DNA of 64,000 nt from Octopus sinensis (Eukaryota), in the NCBI RefSeq assembly GCF_006345805.1, contig NC_042999.1:20398001-20462000 (forward strand). Reading direction: 5' to 3'. The notes beneath the pieces are model-generated. The model was not told where the DNA came from and searched no databases. It saw only the letters and a program-made list of their open reading frames with translations. Position 1 is the stretch's first letter; each line of letters begins with the position of its first letter. Position numbers and translations under genes: made by a program. Positions 51,485 through 64,000 of this stretch are shown piece by piece.

Positions 51485-52039
51485 TACATAAATATACCTA
51501 TTTCTTTATTACCCACAAGGGGCTAAACACAGAGGGGACAAACAAGGACAGACATAGGTATTAAGTCGATTACATCGACCCCAGTGCGCAACTGGTACTT
51601 AATTTATCGACCCCGAAAGGATGAAAGGCAAAGTCGACCTCGGCGGAATTTGAACTCACAACGTAACGCAGACGAAATACCGCTAAGCATTTCGCCCGGC
51701 GTGCTAAAGTTTCTGCCAGCTCGCCGCCTTTTTTTCTCGATGGTGTTATTTATTATTATTACATAAATATACCTATTTCTTTATTACCCACAAGGGGCTA
51801 AACACAGAGGGGACAAACAAGGACAGATATAGGTATTAAGTCGATTACATCGACCCCAGTGCGCAACTGGTACTTAATTTATCGACCCCGAAAGGATGAA
51901 AGGCAAAGTCGACCTCGGCGGAATTTGAACTCACAACGTAACGCAGACGAAATACCGCTAAGCATTTCTGCCACGTTTCTGCCAGCTCGCCGCCTTTTTT
52001 TCTCGATGGTGTTATTTATTATTATTACATAAATATACC
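51485..52039 (-). repeat. Tandem duplication (275 and 266 bp units) of a family A SINE plus flank
   Basis: TACATAAATATACC at 51485, 51760 and 52026; units near-identical. Confidence 0.93.
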
Positions 52040-52258
52040 GAATGATTGTATACCTAGGGCATGAAGTTATTTATATATTATATGTATCAAATGATATTTA
52101 TCTCTGACTTGAAAGAGTACTTTCATGTTGAAATTACCTATAACGAAACAGTAGACTATTGAACTTGTACTATATTTATATACACAGCTTATATTTTAAA
52201 TAAAGTGTTTTCTAAAAGTAATTGACTGAAATATAAATTAGAACTGCCATTTAGAAAA

Positions 52259-52434
52259 TACAGTTCTACATTTAAGAGATAAGGAATTATGTATATTATT
52301 TAAATTATTTATATTTGACGGATATTTTAAAGTTACTACGCCATATGCCCGTGGGCATATGGCGTAGTTGTTAAGAGTGCAGGCTACTAAAGCCAAGATT
52401 CCGAGTTCGATTCCAGGCAGTGACCTGACTAATA

Positions 52435-52466
<32 letters not shown>

Positions 52467-52595
52467 TAACAGCATCGAGAAATACCAGGTTCGAAATTTC
52501 TCCAAGACACCTGATGAAGGCTGGGGGTATATCAGCCAAAACAACAAACAAGACGAGGACAAATATCCGTCAAATGTAAATAATGCAAATAATGC
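52259..52595. mobile_element. Family D foldback element, locus 3
   Basis: Begins TA-CAGTTCTACATTTAAGAGAT; central perfect palindrome ACTACGCCATATGCCC-GT-GGGCATATGGCGTAGT; right arm has full tRNA-like head, (AAT)n and a damaged hammerhead. Confidence 0.85.
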
Positions 52596-52694
52596 ATTTT
52601 AGAAGTTGTGTTATTTATTTATTTTTTTTATATAATGTGTAACATATAGAACAATACGTGGTTATATTCTGTTAATATGTAAATAAAACTTAAG

Positions 52695-53112
52695 GTGGCG
52701 AGCTGCAATTTGGTACGTCTTTACGTCCTAAATTCAAATTCCGTTGGAGCTCGACTTTAATTTTCATCCTTTCGGGGTCGATAAAATAAGTACTAACCAG
52801 TTGAGTATTGGGGTTGATGTAATCGATATATCCTACCTCCCCTGAAGTTGATGGCCTTGCGCCAAAATTTGAAACCAATCAATAAATCACTTTACTGTTT
52901 ATAATTACTGGATTGCGATTCTTTTGGAACTTCGATTCGCGGATTAGATATTGAGCAAACATTTATTTATTAATACTCGCTTGCGCTAAAGGCGGCGAGC
53001 TGGCAGAAACGTTAGCATGCCGGTCGGTATTTCGTCTGTCATTACGTTCTGAGTTCAAATTCCGCCGAGGTCGACTTTGCCTTTCGTCCTTTCGGGGGTC
53101 GATTAAATAAGT
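52695..53112 (+). mobile_element. Two family A SINE copies (52695-52878, 52990-53112)
   Basis: Head and core motifs. Confidence 0.85.
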
Positions 53113-53206
53113 AGAAGGCTCTCTCACTTTCCCGAGCGTCAAGCTAATATATCTGCTTGATTTTCATGCATCTGCCTTCGTCTTTTGTTTTTCTGTAAAT
53201 TTCAAC

Positions 53207-53238
<32 letters not shown>

Positions 53239-53694
53239 TATATATGTAAAAGGAAAGTCCAAAAGAGGGTAAGACGGAGGAAGAAAATCGCAGACGATTC
53301 ACATGTGATTATGTGTGTGTGTGTGTTAGACAGACAGAGACAGAGAGAGATATTTCGAAACGAAGAAACATCAGTATAGCGCTGGATTAAAAACCAAAAA
53401 CACAAAGAGAGAAACATAGTCGAAGTGACTTGGTTTTTCGTCTGTGTGAGAGTGTGCGTACAATAATTGACAAATTCAGACCATGAAATCAGTATATTAA
53501 CAAATTTAAATCAATTAACGACTATTAATAGTTTTCGGAGTGTGAATAGATGTAAATTTATATCAGGAAATCTGTATGCCATTAAATTTAATTAACAGTC
53601 ATCTTCTCGAAGCATTTTCCTTTAAGAAAATCAGTGGATTCATTTATAAATTACTGTATTCTCTACGCTTTAGCTTTTACTTGTTGGATGTATA

Positions 53695-54102
53695 CTCTTT
53701 TACTCTTTTACTTGTTTCAGTCATTTGACTGCGGCCATGCTGGAGCACCGCCTTTAGTCGAGCAAATCGACCCCGGGACTTATTCTTTGTAAGCCCAGTA
53801 CTTATTCTATCGGTCTCTTTTGCCGAACCGCTAGGTGACGGGGACGTAGACACACCATCATCGGTTGTCAAGCAATGCTAGGGGGACAAACACACACACA
53901 CAAACACACATACACATACATATATATATACATATATACGACAGGCTTCTTTCAGTTTCCGTCTACCAAATCCACTCACAAGGCATTGGTCGGCCCGGGT
54001 CTATAGCAGAAGACACTTGCCCAAGATGCCACGCAGTGGAACTGAACCCGGAACCATGTGGTTGGTTAGCAAGCTACTTACCACACAGCCACTCCTGCGC
54101 CT
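53695..54102 (-). mobile_element. SINE family B, young full-length copy
   Basis: Near-identical reverse complement of 40582-40987. Confidence 0.93.
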
Positions 54103-54577
54103 ATATCTGTATATCTCGTTTCTGATTTTCAGAACCTATCTTGCATGAATATTAAGTTTTCTATAATATAATAACGTACGATATATAAAATGACATAATT
54201 TCTCCTTAGTGTAGATCATGTACTTTGCTTGTGATTTATCTTCTGTTAAATATTTTGTCCGCACACAGGATCACTTATATGTTTCTACTGAGATTTATAT
54301 TCCTTTGCAATGGTTACAACATCTGCTGCGGAATACATTGTTTGGTGTAAAATCACTATGAATTCTTCATGCATTTTATCTTTAGAAATTTCTAAACCAA
54401 TATCGATTAGTTTGATTATGACTCTGGGACTCTAGAGTTTATGCTGTAAAATGTTGCTTCTTTAATATATATTTCTTATAAAATTTCGTCATTCATTTAA
54501 AAAAAAATATATTTATGAATTCATTTAAGACGACGCTAATAATTCGTTCCTATATCTGTTATTACTAATGGCGGCTA

Positions 54578-55125
54578 AGGCGGTGAGTTGACAGAAACGT
54601 TAGAACGCCGGGCAAAATGTGTAGCCGTATTTCGTCTACCGCTATGTTCTGAGTTCAAATTCCGCTGAGGTCGACTTTGACTTTCATCCTTTCGGGGTCG
54701 ATTAAATAAGTACCAGTTACGCACTGGGGTCGATAAAATCGACTTAATCCGTTTGTCTGTCTTTGTTTGTCCTCTCTATGTTTAGTCCCTTGTAGGTAGT
54801 AAAGAAATAGGTATTTCGTCTGTCGCTACATTCTGAGTTCAAATTCCGCCGAGGTCGACTTTGCCTTTAATCCTTTTGGGAGTCGATAAATTAAGTACCA
54901 GTCGCGAACTGGAGTCGATCTAATCGACCGGCCCCCTCCTCAAAAATTTACGCAACGGGTGTCGATGTAATCAACTTCATCTTTTTCCCCAAATCTGAGG
55001 CCTTGTGCTTCCAGTAGAAAGAATTATTGGCAACGGCAGGGAACTGGTAGACTCGTTAGCATCCCGGGCAAAAGGCTTAGGAGTATTTTGTCCCTCTTTG
55101 CATTCTGAGTTCAGATTTCGCCGAT
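54578..55125 (+). mobile_element. Family A dimeric SINE plus adjacent fragments
   Basis: Same double-core structure as 15568-15960. Confidence 0.88.
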
Positions 55126-55364
55126 GTTCTGTTGGTTATTTTAAAATATATACTCATACAATTGATGTTTTATTGATCAATCGTTTGTAGACAAATTTCG
55201 GAATTTATTTTTTGAAGAAGTTGGTATTATCTGTAATATTACCAGAAGAGATTAGTGTGGCAATAAAGCGAGGTTTTGAAAAATTTAAATATTCAGATCT
55301 TGTAAATAAATTTGCCAAACACATTTGTTCTTATGTACTTACTTTCACGTATGTGAACATAGTG

Positions 55365-55441
55365 ATTTCACCAGGTGGTGCTATTAAGTTAGACATGGCC
55401 TGGGCCTATACTGGCCGAAACCTATTTAAGTTATCTAAGTG
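55365..55441 (+). mobile_element. LINE 3' UTR fragment
   Basis: GTGGTGCTATTAAGTTAGACATGGCCTGG...GAAAC.TAT.TAAGTT shared with 62100-62175. Confidence 0.75.
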
Positions 55442-56438
55442 TTAACATATTCACAGCAAATCACAGAAAATCACAGCATGCACAGATCAGAATTAAACTC
55501 TTGCACGCACCCATGAGAACCCCGGACAACTGACCAGTGTAGCCTACTTTTAGTTGGCATTAAGCACAAGATAAAAATCTTACAATGAACATTAATTCTT
55601 TGATTTGAGGATCGATGCAATTGACAATATTTGTAAGTTAATTTTCAGCCTATTAAGATGTTATAATTTACTAAAAATTTACATATATTCGCAAGCGATA
55701 TTGCTATCACGAGAGGAGTTTTGGAAACTAAAATATTTTCTTAATACATGATCTTTCGTTGCAAGTAATTCCGTGTCAATTTCGACCGCAATTTCCTCTT
55801 TCCTTTAGTTTGTATTATCTTACAGATATTTGCTCGGTTTTGCAGTGAATCGATTTTATTGATTTTTCTATTGAACTCCCTAGGCACAACAGCGATGAGC
55901 ATAGGTACTTTCTACTATGGTGATATGTACTTCAAATATAAACGTAACAAATACTGTCTTGATTCTACTACAACGAACCTACCTGTATGACGATGTCTGA
56001 ATATTTGCACATAAACAGTATAGAAGGGCTGTGCTCATACGCCTGTTATCATGTTGATATATTAACCAATCACTCACATACGCCCTATTGACAAACAGAC
56101 ATTTCAATTTTCTGTTGTAGAAATGTTAATATGACCAAAGGAAAATAAAAGTCCTCGCTTGTTTATTTAAGCAAATTATTTTCTCTTCAGGAAATATTTT
56201 TTAAGCGCCAGAGTCTATAAGGATTATAATTTCTTTTATAATGCTATTTCTTCTTTGTAACCTTACCGACCTCACTAATTGTGTCTCATTCTGCCCGTCA
56301 CGCTAGTTCTTACGCGTTTTCTCTCGCCGCATGGACACACAGACATATTTGTATATGCACATTGTTTATCAATATAAGTGAATAAAGAAGCACGTATGGA
56401 CATCCATAATCAAATAAAAGGGTTTTTGTTATATATAA

Positions 56439-56500
<62 letters not shown>

Positions 56501-56670
56501 GTATATATGTGTGTGTGTGTGGGTGTGTGTGTGACACTATATAAAAAACTGTACAAATATGATAAAAAGTGGTGAAGATATTTCCCAGATATTTTACGTG
56601 TGTGTGTTGTGCGTGTGTGTGTGTAAGAGAGAGAAAGATAAAGATAGAGCTTGTGTACACTATAAAGTAA

Positions 56671-56701
<31 letters not shown>

Positions 56702-57071
56702 AAACGTAAAACAGTAATGTATAAGACGCAGATGTCCGATATAACTGTCCCTCCGGTCTATACCTTCCAACCCTCTACTGCTTTCTGGACAAAATATACT
56801 TTCCACTTCCGCTAGATAAAGCAAAAATACAGCCACTTTAGACTGCCATTTTAAGCTTCTTTTGTCTGTATACAATATCAAAGAAAACACTTTATGTGTA
56901 GCAGCCTTTAAGTACAGTACCATTACGTGTTTGCTATTGTTATATATGACCCAGCAAGTACAAGGAAGAAAGAAACTGCACAAACAGTGGCGAAATAAAA
57001 TTGTTCTTAATCTATACTGAAAAAAATTGCTAAAAGGATGGGCATTATGTCAAAAAGGGGAACGAAATTTA

Positions 57072-57625
57072 TTGGGTTGTCCGGAAGGTTCGTGCCGATT
57101 TTTAAAGTAAAGAAAAAGGTCATTACATTTTTAATCAACCAAATATGAACCATTTTGTTGCACAATGCGTTTCTATCTTTCCTTTAACTTGAAAATACCC
57201 TCTTCCCAGAATTGAGGTGGTTTCATGGCAAAGAATTCATCAAGGTCATCCAAAATCTGACATCCAAGGAATTGAAATTTTTACCATTAAGTCTATTCTA
57301 CAGAGACCTGAATAAGTGTAAATCCGAAGGAGCAATATCTGGTGAATATGGAGGGTGGGCTAACACATCCCAGCCGAGCTGCAGCAATTTTTGTCTGGTT
57401 TCCAAAGCATCAAGTGCCGTAAAGGAACTTTCTTATCTTCCATTTTAAAGGGTTACAGAATTGACAAATTTTGTAGGAACATAAACCCTCTTCCACGAAA
57501 AGATAGCTTAAAATGTGCTCTAAATGGGGGTGTAGTCAAATCCTATTTTATGGATTCAACCATGTTCTAAAATAAGTTGAAAGGTTAGCTACTATAAATT
57601 GGCACGAACTTTTCGGACAACCCAA
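57072..57625 (-). mobile_element. Internally deleted mariner with both TIRs and TA target duplication
   Basis: TA|TTGGGTTGTCCGGAAGGTTCGTGCC...GGCACGAACTTTTCGGACAACCCAA|TA; minus strand MEDKKVP then LLQLGWDVLAHPPYSPDIAPSDLHLFRSL and DEFFAMKPPQFWEEGIFKLKER. Confidence 0.93.
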
Positions 57626-58214
57626 TAGAAGACGCGAATGTCGAAAGTCGAATAACCAGTGTCATAAACCAATTAGAATGAATATTAAAGGTATACACCA
57701 AAGAATATTATTTAGCCTCAGCGGTAATAAATTCAGGACAAGTCGCAAACACAAGACATACACCATTTATGTACTGATGTGCGTCCTCTTGGTACATTAT
57801 CACGTGAAAAGCATTTAACATAGAAAGAGTACAAGTTGCCTCTAGTTGCTTTAAAACTGTGGTGTCAGTCACCGAGTTTGCATAGATCACAACGTATGAC
57901 AACGTATGAAAATTAACCCCTCAAACCGCCGGACGTAAGATGAAAAAGGTATGCAGATATATAGATATATACATTATTTGTAATCTATATTATAAGATAA
58001 GCCAAGTTTCTCTCGACATCCGACTGTACTTTTGCTCCTCACACGCTATCTTCAGATCAAGATGAATTTCAATTTTACATATATCGATAAAATAGGAAAA
58101 GAATTAAATTATACAATTATCCCTGCCAGTTGTGGTTAGACTTTATGATTTGAAATATACATCATCGCCTTTAAATAAAAATAAAAGGTTTTAAACAGTT
58201 TTTATCTGATATCT

Positions 58215-58620
58215 TGCATTTGATTTACTCATTGGGCTGCGGTCGTGCTGGAGCACTAAATTCAAGAATATTAGTTGAACAGATCATATCAATACTTATT
58301 TTTTTAAAGTCTGGTACGTATTCTATTGGTCTCTTTTACATAACCGCTCAACTGCTTAATAAATAATACAACACTAGTTGTCATGTCGGGGTGATAGGTG
58401 TGGTGGTGGTGATGCGTTAAACACAGTCACAAACACACAAACACACACATACACACATATGCACACATACATACAACATGTTTTCTATGAAATACAACCA
58501 CAGGGTATTATTGGCCTAGGGCTATAGTGAAAGACGCTTGCCTAAGATGCCGTGCAGAAGGACTAAGCCAAAAACACGTGATTAAAAAACAAGCTACTTA
58601 TGCAGACAGCCATGTCTGCG
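58215..58620 (-). mobile_element. SINE family B, old degenerate copy
   Basis: GCTGGAGCAC...TTCTATTGGTCTCTTTT...GGCTATAGTGAAAGAC.CTTGCCTAAGATGCC. Confidence 0.75.
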
Positions 58621-59471
58621 ATTCTATTGTATATGATTGTTTCGTTGCAAGTACAATTTTAGTTCCAACATGAATATGTGTTACAAAACAAAGCAACAAA
58701 GCAAACACAGAAGTGTCGACGTAAGGAGACACTGGAGCTGCTCGAAATAGAAGCCAACTATCATTGAAATCAGCCGGAAGATACTTCTTAATGAAGCCAT
58801 TAATTTTCTTGTCTTTTTCTCCCTCTGTGTTTGCACAATAATACTCAGACGCGCAGACAGACACACACATACACACGAACACATACACACATACACATGC
58901 ACACAGTTCAAGCGAAAAGCGTCTAAGAGAAAACAACTAAGATCCTATAGAATAAAATTTGTATAACAAAGCCGAGCCAAGTTATTTCTGTCAGCAATTT
59001 TTTTCTTATAATTATGCAAGTCACATTAGACGACGTTTTCAGCCATTTTTTTCGTACAAGGGTTAAACTTGTGTCTTTGATTCGCAGACGACAAGACAAA
59101 GCTACGACGATGACATATACTGACTCTAAGACACGTATTCCTAGGTGTCCTTTGACTTATGAAGTAAAGTCTATCAGTTCTGATTTCTTAGATATTTGAT
59201 TTGCTGTGAGATTTTTCTTTTTTTCTTTCCTGTACATTAGTGAAATTTTACCCCATTCTTATTCAGACGCACGACCAAATGGATGGGACATTTTTCATTA
59301 ATTTCTCTGTCCACGAAGAAATTATTGCAGTAACTTAGGAATATTTTGTGGACAGCATTTACAATTTTCCGACGCAAAATTATTTACAAAATTCATACAA
59401 TCCAGTTACATACTTTTGCATTCCCGTGCTCTCCATCAGAAATAAACGAACATGGTATAAACGTATTCACC

Positions 59472-59703
59472 GTTGGCCAAAAGTCACCCCACAGTAAATC
59501 AAAATTCTATAAATACTTAATATTCAATTTTATTTATTCATTCCAATTATGAATGTTTAATAATTCCAAGCTGTGAGCTAAAATCAACGTTTATTTTTTC
59601 AACATTTGTCTATTTATTAGCGAAGTTTCATATAAAACAATTTTTTGTTTTAATCTTGGAATTTAATGGGTTTTGTTCTAGTATCTGGTGACTTTTGGCC
59701 AAC
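59472..59703. mobile_element. Tc1-like MITE, right end clipped by a SINE
   Basis: Perfect 17 bp inverted repeat GTTGGCCAAAAGTCACC / GGTGACTTTTGGCCAAC. Confidence 0.7.
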
Positions 59704-60073
59704 TCTTTTACTTGTTTCAGTCATTTGACTGTGGCCATGCTGGAGCATCGCCTTTAGTCGAGAAAATGGACCCCAGGACATATTCTTTGTAAGCTTAGTA
59801 TTCTATAAGTCTCTTTTGCCGAACCACTAAGTTACGGGGACGTAAACACACAACCATCGGTTGTCAAGCACACATACATATATAATATATGTACATATAT
59901 ATATATATATATATGACGGGCGTCTTTCAGATTCCGTCTACCAAATCCACTCACAAGGCTTTAGTTGGGCCCGAGGTTATAGTAGAAGACACTTGCCCAA
60001 GATGCCACGCAGTGGGAATGAACTCAGAACCATGTGGTTGGTAACCAAGCTACTTACCACGCAGCCACTCCTA
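59702..60073 (-). mobile_element. SINE family B
   Basis: Reverse-complement copy. Confidence 0.92.
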
Positions 60074-60756
60074 CTTAGGGAACAGGAGCAACATAAAATA
60101 AAGAGTTTTGTCCGAAAAACGTGACAGCACAGCCCGGTCCAGGTATCGTTCTCACTACAGCGCGATTGTAAACCCGACGCTGTAACGAATGAGCCAAGTG
60201 CTTTCACATACATACATGCCATACATACATACACGTATCTACGTATGTATGTATGCATGTATGTATATATGTATGAATGTATGTATGTATGTAAGTATGT
60301 ATATTATAAACTTGTATGAATGTATGTATGTATGTATGTATGTATTATAATGATATGAATGGATATATTACAGTCACATACATTCTTATTTTCTGTGCGT
60401 CAATATATTGATAGACCGTTGCACAAAAATATCTGTGCGAATATAAAAGTGTGTATATGCACACGTAACACTTTTCATGTATAACACACAAGTAAAAACC
60501 TATTCTTATGGAGCCGGATGCATTAACATAGCTATACATATGTATACTAAGTTGTCATTTCAAATCTGTTTACAAATTAAACGTGTCAAGTTTGTTTCCA
60601 CCTATTTCTGACAGTAATTTGGATAAATTTAGAATAATCTGCGCTTCGTGCGTTTTTCTGACGCTATACATTATTTTTTTCTTGACTAATACGTGTATTC
60701 ATATGTTTCCCTTTGTAAAAATTTCTCCTACTCTAACTTAATCACAGTTTTGACTT

Positions 60757-60806
<50 letters not shown>

Positions 60807-60883
60807 CTATCTATCTATCTATCTATCTAACTATCTAAATATCTATCTATCTACCGACCTATCTATCTATCTATCTATCTAAA

Positions 60884-60978
<95 letters not shown>

Positions 60979-61250
60979 ATCCATCTATCTATCCATCCAT
61001 CTATGTATCTATCTATCAATCAATATATCTAACTTTCTATCCATCAATCTCTCTCTCTCTCTAAATATATATATAAATATTATACATATATATGTGCGTG
61101 TATATATATAAATATATATATATATATTATATATCAATATATATATATATATATATCTATATATATATATCAATATATATATCTATATATATATATCAAT
61201 ATATATATCTATATATATATATATATATATAATATATATATATCAATATA
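60757..61250. repeat. (TCTA)n array followed by (TA)n
   Basis: Direct reading. Confidence 0.95.
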
Positions 61251-61558
61251 TCAGTCTGTCTATTTATCGATCTGCATACAAACACACATACAACACACTA
61301 CACACCGAAGCAACATATACGTGTGCGTGATTATGTGTATATATATTTATATATTATATATATATAATCAGGGGAAAAGGCATGCTTTTCCAACGAGTAC
61401 ATATATGACAAAAACAAAGGTTGAAATGACTCCGAGGTCTTCAAAATGATTTACATATATTGATTGTTTCCACCACATTATGAATTTTCAGAATTGCATG
61501 ATGTTAAAGGATCTGGAGATATTTCTCATAGATAACAATGTCATACACATGCATATAT

Positions 61559-61610
<52 letters not shown>

Positions 61611-61752
61611 TAGATAGATCAATAAATGGTGGGGTTGTGTTGACCGCACGTGGAGAAATGATAAGCAAGGAAAAATTGTAAAAATGCAGAATGCTAGATT
61701 GAAAGAAAATTTTAAGGAAATGAGAAATTGAAAAAATATATAAATATATATT

Positions 61753-61794
61753 TATTCAAACCGGTTTTCGTCATAGTGTGACTTATCAAGAATA
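61753..61794 (-). ncRNA. Minimal type I hammerhead-like motif with U3-A8 core
   Basis: Minus strand TATTC-TTGATAA-GTCA-CACTA-TGAC-GAA-AACCGGTT-T-GAATA; all three helices close. Confidence 0.6.
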
Positions 61795-61831
61795 GTTATG
61801 TTACAAAAGTTTATATATATATACATATATA

Positions 61832-62169
61832 TACGTCCCCTGCCCAATTCAAGATCACAGCATACATGTTCACTGCAACGTAATTTCTTTTCATCAACAG
61901 GCCCTGCCCTATTTAACATTGTCCCGAGGGAGATCAAAGAGGAAAAGGATCCCATCAACTTTAAACGGAGTCTGGAGATAGATTCCTTCAAAGAATACCA
62001 GATAAGCCACCCATAATTAGATACAACTCGCCCAACAAGAACTCACTACTTGAATGGACCATAAACAAAACTTGACTTACATAGGATTCGAATAATCCTA
62101 TCACGTGGTGCTATTAAGTTAGACATGGCCTGGACCAATCTTTGGTCGAAACATATCTAAGTTTATCTA

Positions 62170-62175
<6 letters not shown>
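61832..62175 (+). mobile_element. 5'-truncated CR1/L2-group LINE 3' end
   Basis: NFFSSTGPALFNIVPREIKEEKDPINFKRSL..FLQRIPDKP C-terminal motif, 3' stem-loop and (ATCTAAGTTT)2 tail. Confidence 0.75.
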
Positions 62176-62218
<43 letters not shown>

Positions 62219-62284
62219 GTATATTACACATATATACATATATATATATATGTAAATATACATATAACATACGTACATATATAC

Positions 62285-62315
<31 letters not shown>

Positions 62316-62317
62316 CA

Positions 62318-62353
<36 letters not shown>

Positions 62354-62468
62354 TACAATATTAATATACATATACATATATAATATATATATATACATTA
62401 TATATATATATACACACATATATAATATATATATATATATTTATATATTTATATATATACATATATAT

Positions 62469-62634
62469 ATGTAAGGTAATAAAATCAAAGTAAGCAACAT
62501 AATTTCAAGTAGTAATGCAGTACGACCGTTGCAAGAAGTTCCATTTCACTGAATTTAATGGAGTCGCTTGAAACGTTCGTACTGCATTACAACTTGAAAT
62601 CCTCTTACTTATTTTGATCTTATTCAACGTACAT
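62469..62634. repeat. Imperfect foldback (~75 bp arms) inside (TA)n
   Basis: ATTTCAAGTAGTAATGCAGTACGACCGTTGCAAG / CTTGAAACGTTCGTACTGCATTACAACTTGAAAT. Confidence 0.85.
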
Positions 62635-62703
62635 ACATTACATACCACATACATACATTATATATATATATACATATATATATATAATCTATATATATAT
62701 ATA

Positions 62704-62742
<39 letters not shown>

Positions 62743-62775
62743 GTATATTATATATAATAATATATATATATATAT

Positions 62776-62809
<34 letters not shown>

Positions 62810-62834
62810 GTACATGTATATGTTAAACATATAT

Positions 62835-62897
62835 ATATATGAAGTGTAATTATTCTCCCTATTTAAGTTGCACTTCATACGAAGCTCCGATGAAGCT
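62835..62897. repeat. Hairpin-containing direct repeat; second copy at 63935-64000
   Basis: TATGAAGTGTAATTATT(C)TCCCTATTTAAGTTGCACTTCATACGAAGC(C)TCCGATGAAG present twice. Confidence 0.85.
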
Positions 62898-63177
62898 ACA
62901 ATATTTTTTCTCAGGCACACAATTATAATAATGTGATGTAGATCTCAATATACTTATGCTTCAGAACGATGCGCATTAGTTGAGTATAGAGCGATAATAA
63001 GAAAATGATACCGAAAAAGGAATAAACGATTATCGCTTGAACTCGATTAACTTACAGCTTTCTTCTGCTATAAGATGCAGTGGACTCATAGTTGAATGCC
63101 TATACATACGTAAGTTTACACAAACATACACACGCACACATATTTATATATATGTATGTATGTATGGTATGTATGTG

Positions 63178-63455
63178 TGGAGGCACATGCCCTAACGGTC
63201 GAGGGATCGCAGGTTTGAATCTCAGACCGGGTGACGTGTATGTTTATGAGCGAAACACCTAAGCTTCACGTGGCTCCGGCAGAAGGTAATGGTGAACTTC
63301 TGCTGACTCTTTCGCCACAACTTTCTCTCTCTCTTTCCTCCTGCATCTTGCAGCTCACCTGCGACGGACCGGCGTCCCATCCAGGTGGGGAGCTTATACG
63401 CCAAGGAAACCGAGAAATCGGCCCCTTGAACCAGGCATGGCTCGAGAAGGAACAA
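63178..63455 (+). mobile_element. SINE family C variant (alternative tail)
   Basis: GAGCGAAACACCTAAGCT.CACG.GGCTCCGGCAG body; GCGACGGACCGGCGTCCCATCCAG tail. Confidence 0.8.
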
Positions 63456-64000
63456 ACATGTATGTATGTATGAATGTATACGTACGTACGAAAGCGTATT
63501 ATCACCAATGGGAATCGAAGCTTATGACTGATCTATAATGTGCGTATAGGACACATTTCTTCAATAAAAGAAACAAACAACTTTTCCGTGTTTCCTCCAT
63601 TCAACCAACACAACAACTCCTCACTATAACAGTTCCATCCCTCTGGCTTTTTTAGCATTATTTTCTTTTTCTTCTCTTTTCATTTTTCGCTGTGCTTCAA
63701 CGTGCTTATTGATATACCTCTGGCTATAATTACCCTCTTTCTTTACTTGATACATTTGGGAAAATGCTAAAAAGACACAGCAAAAAAAAGTGACGTTGAA
63801 AAAAGGACACATTAGATTGTTGCATGCGTAGAAATAAATTTGAATATAAATATGTGATTGTGAAAAAAAAGCCGAGATATATAGATTTTTTTTCTTTTCA
63901 AAGTCACATATATATAAATACCAACATATATATATATATGAAGTGTAATTATTTCCCTATTTAAGTTGCACTTCATACGAAGCCTCCGATGAAGAAGCTC

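Overview
AT-rich, repeat-saturated eukaryotic DNA. The SINE families and microsatellite load look like an octopus or other coleoid cephalopod (inference). Almost every ORF in the supplied track is a translation of microsatellite or SINE sequence. The window contains: dozens of copies of three tRNA-derived SINE families (labelled A, B, C here); a decayed R4/Dong-type non-LTR retrotransposon (~2.5-4.45 kb); a SINE-interrupted Tc1 transposase relic (~45.2-46.5 kb); three mariner relics; several MITE/foldback elements; a Helitron-like non-autonomous element; a LINE 3' end; a 4 x 182 bp SINE-derived satellite; and candidate small exons of an unidentified minus-strand gene. The most striking signal is a fourth repeat, family D (three loci). 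It is a head-to-head foldback whose arm reads: tRNA-like Pol III head, (AAT)n, minimal type I hammerhead ribozyme with a palindromic stem III. A separate, unrelated minimal hammerhead with a U3-A8 covariant core lies at 61753-61794 (minus). Coordinates were read by eye; element ends are approximate.
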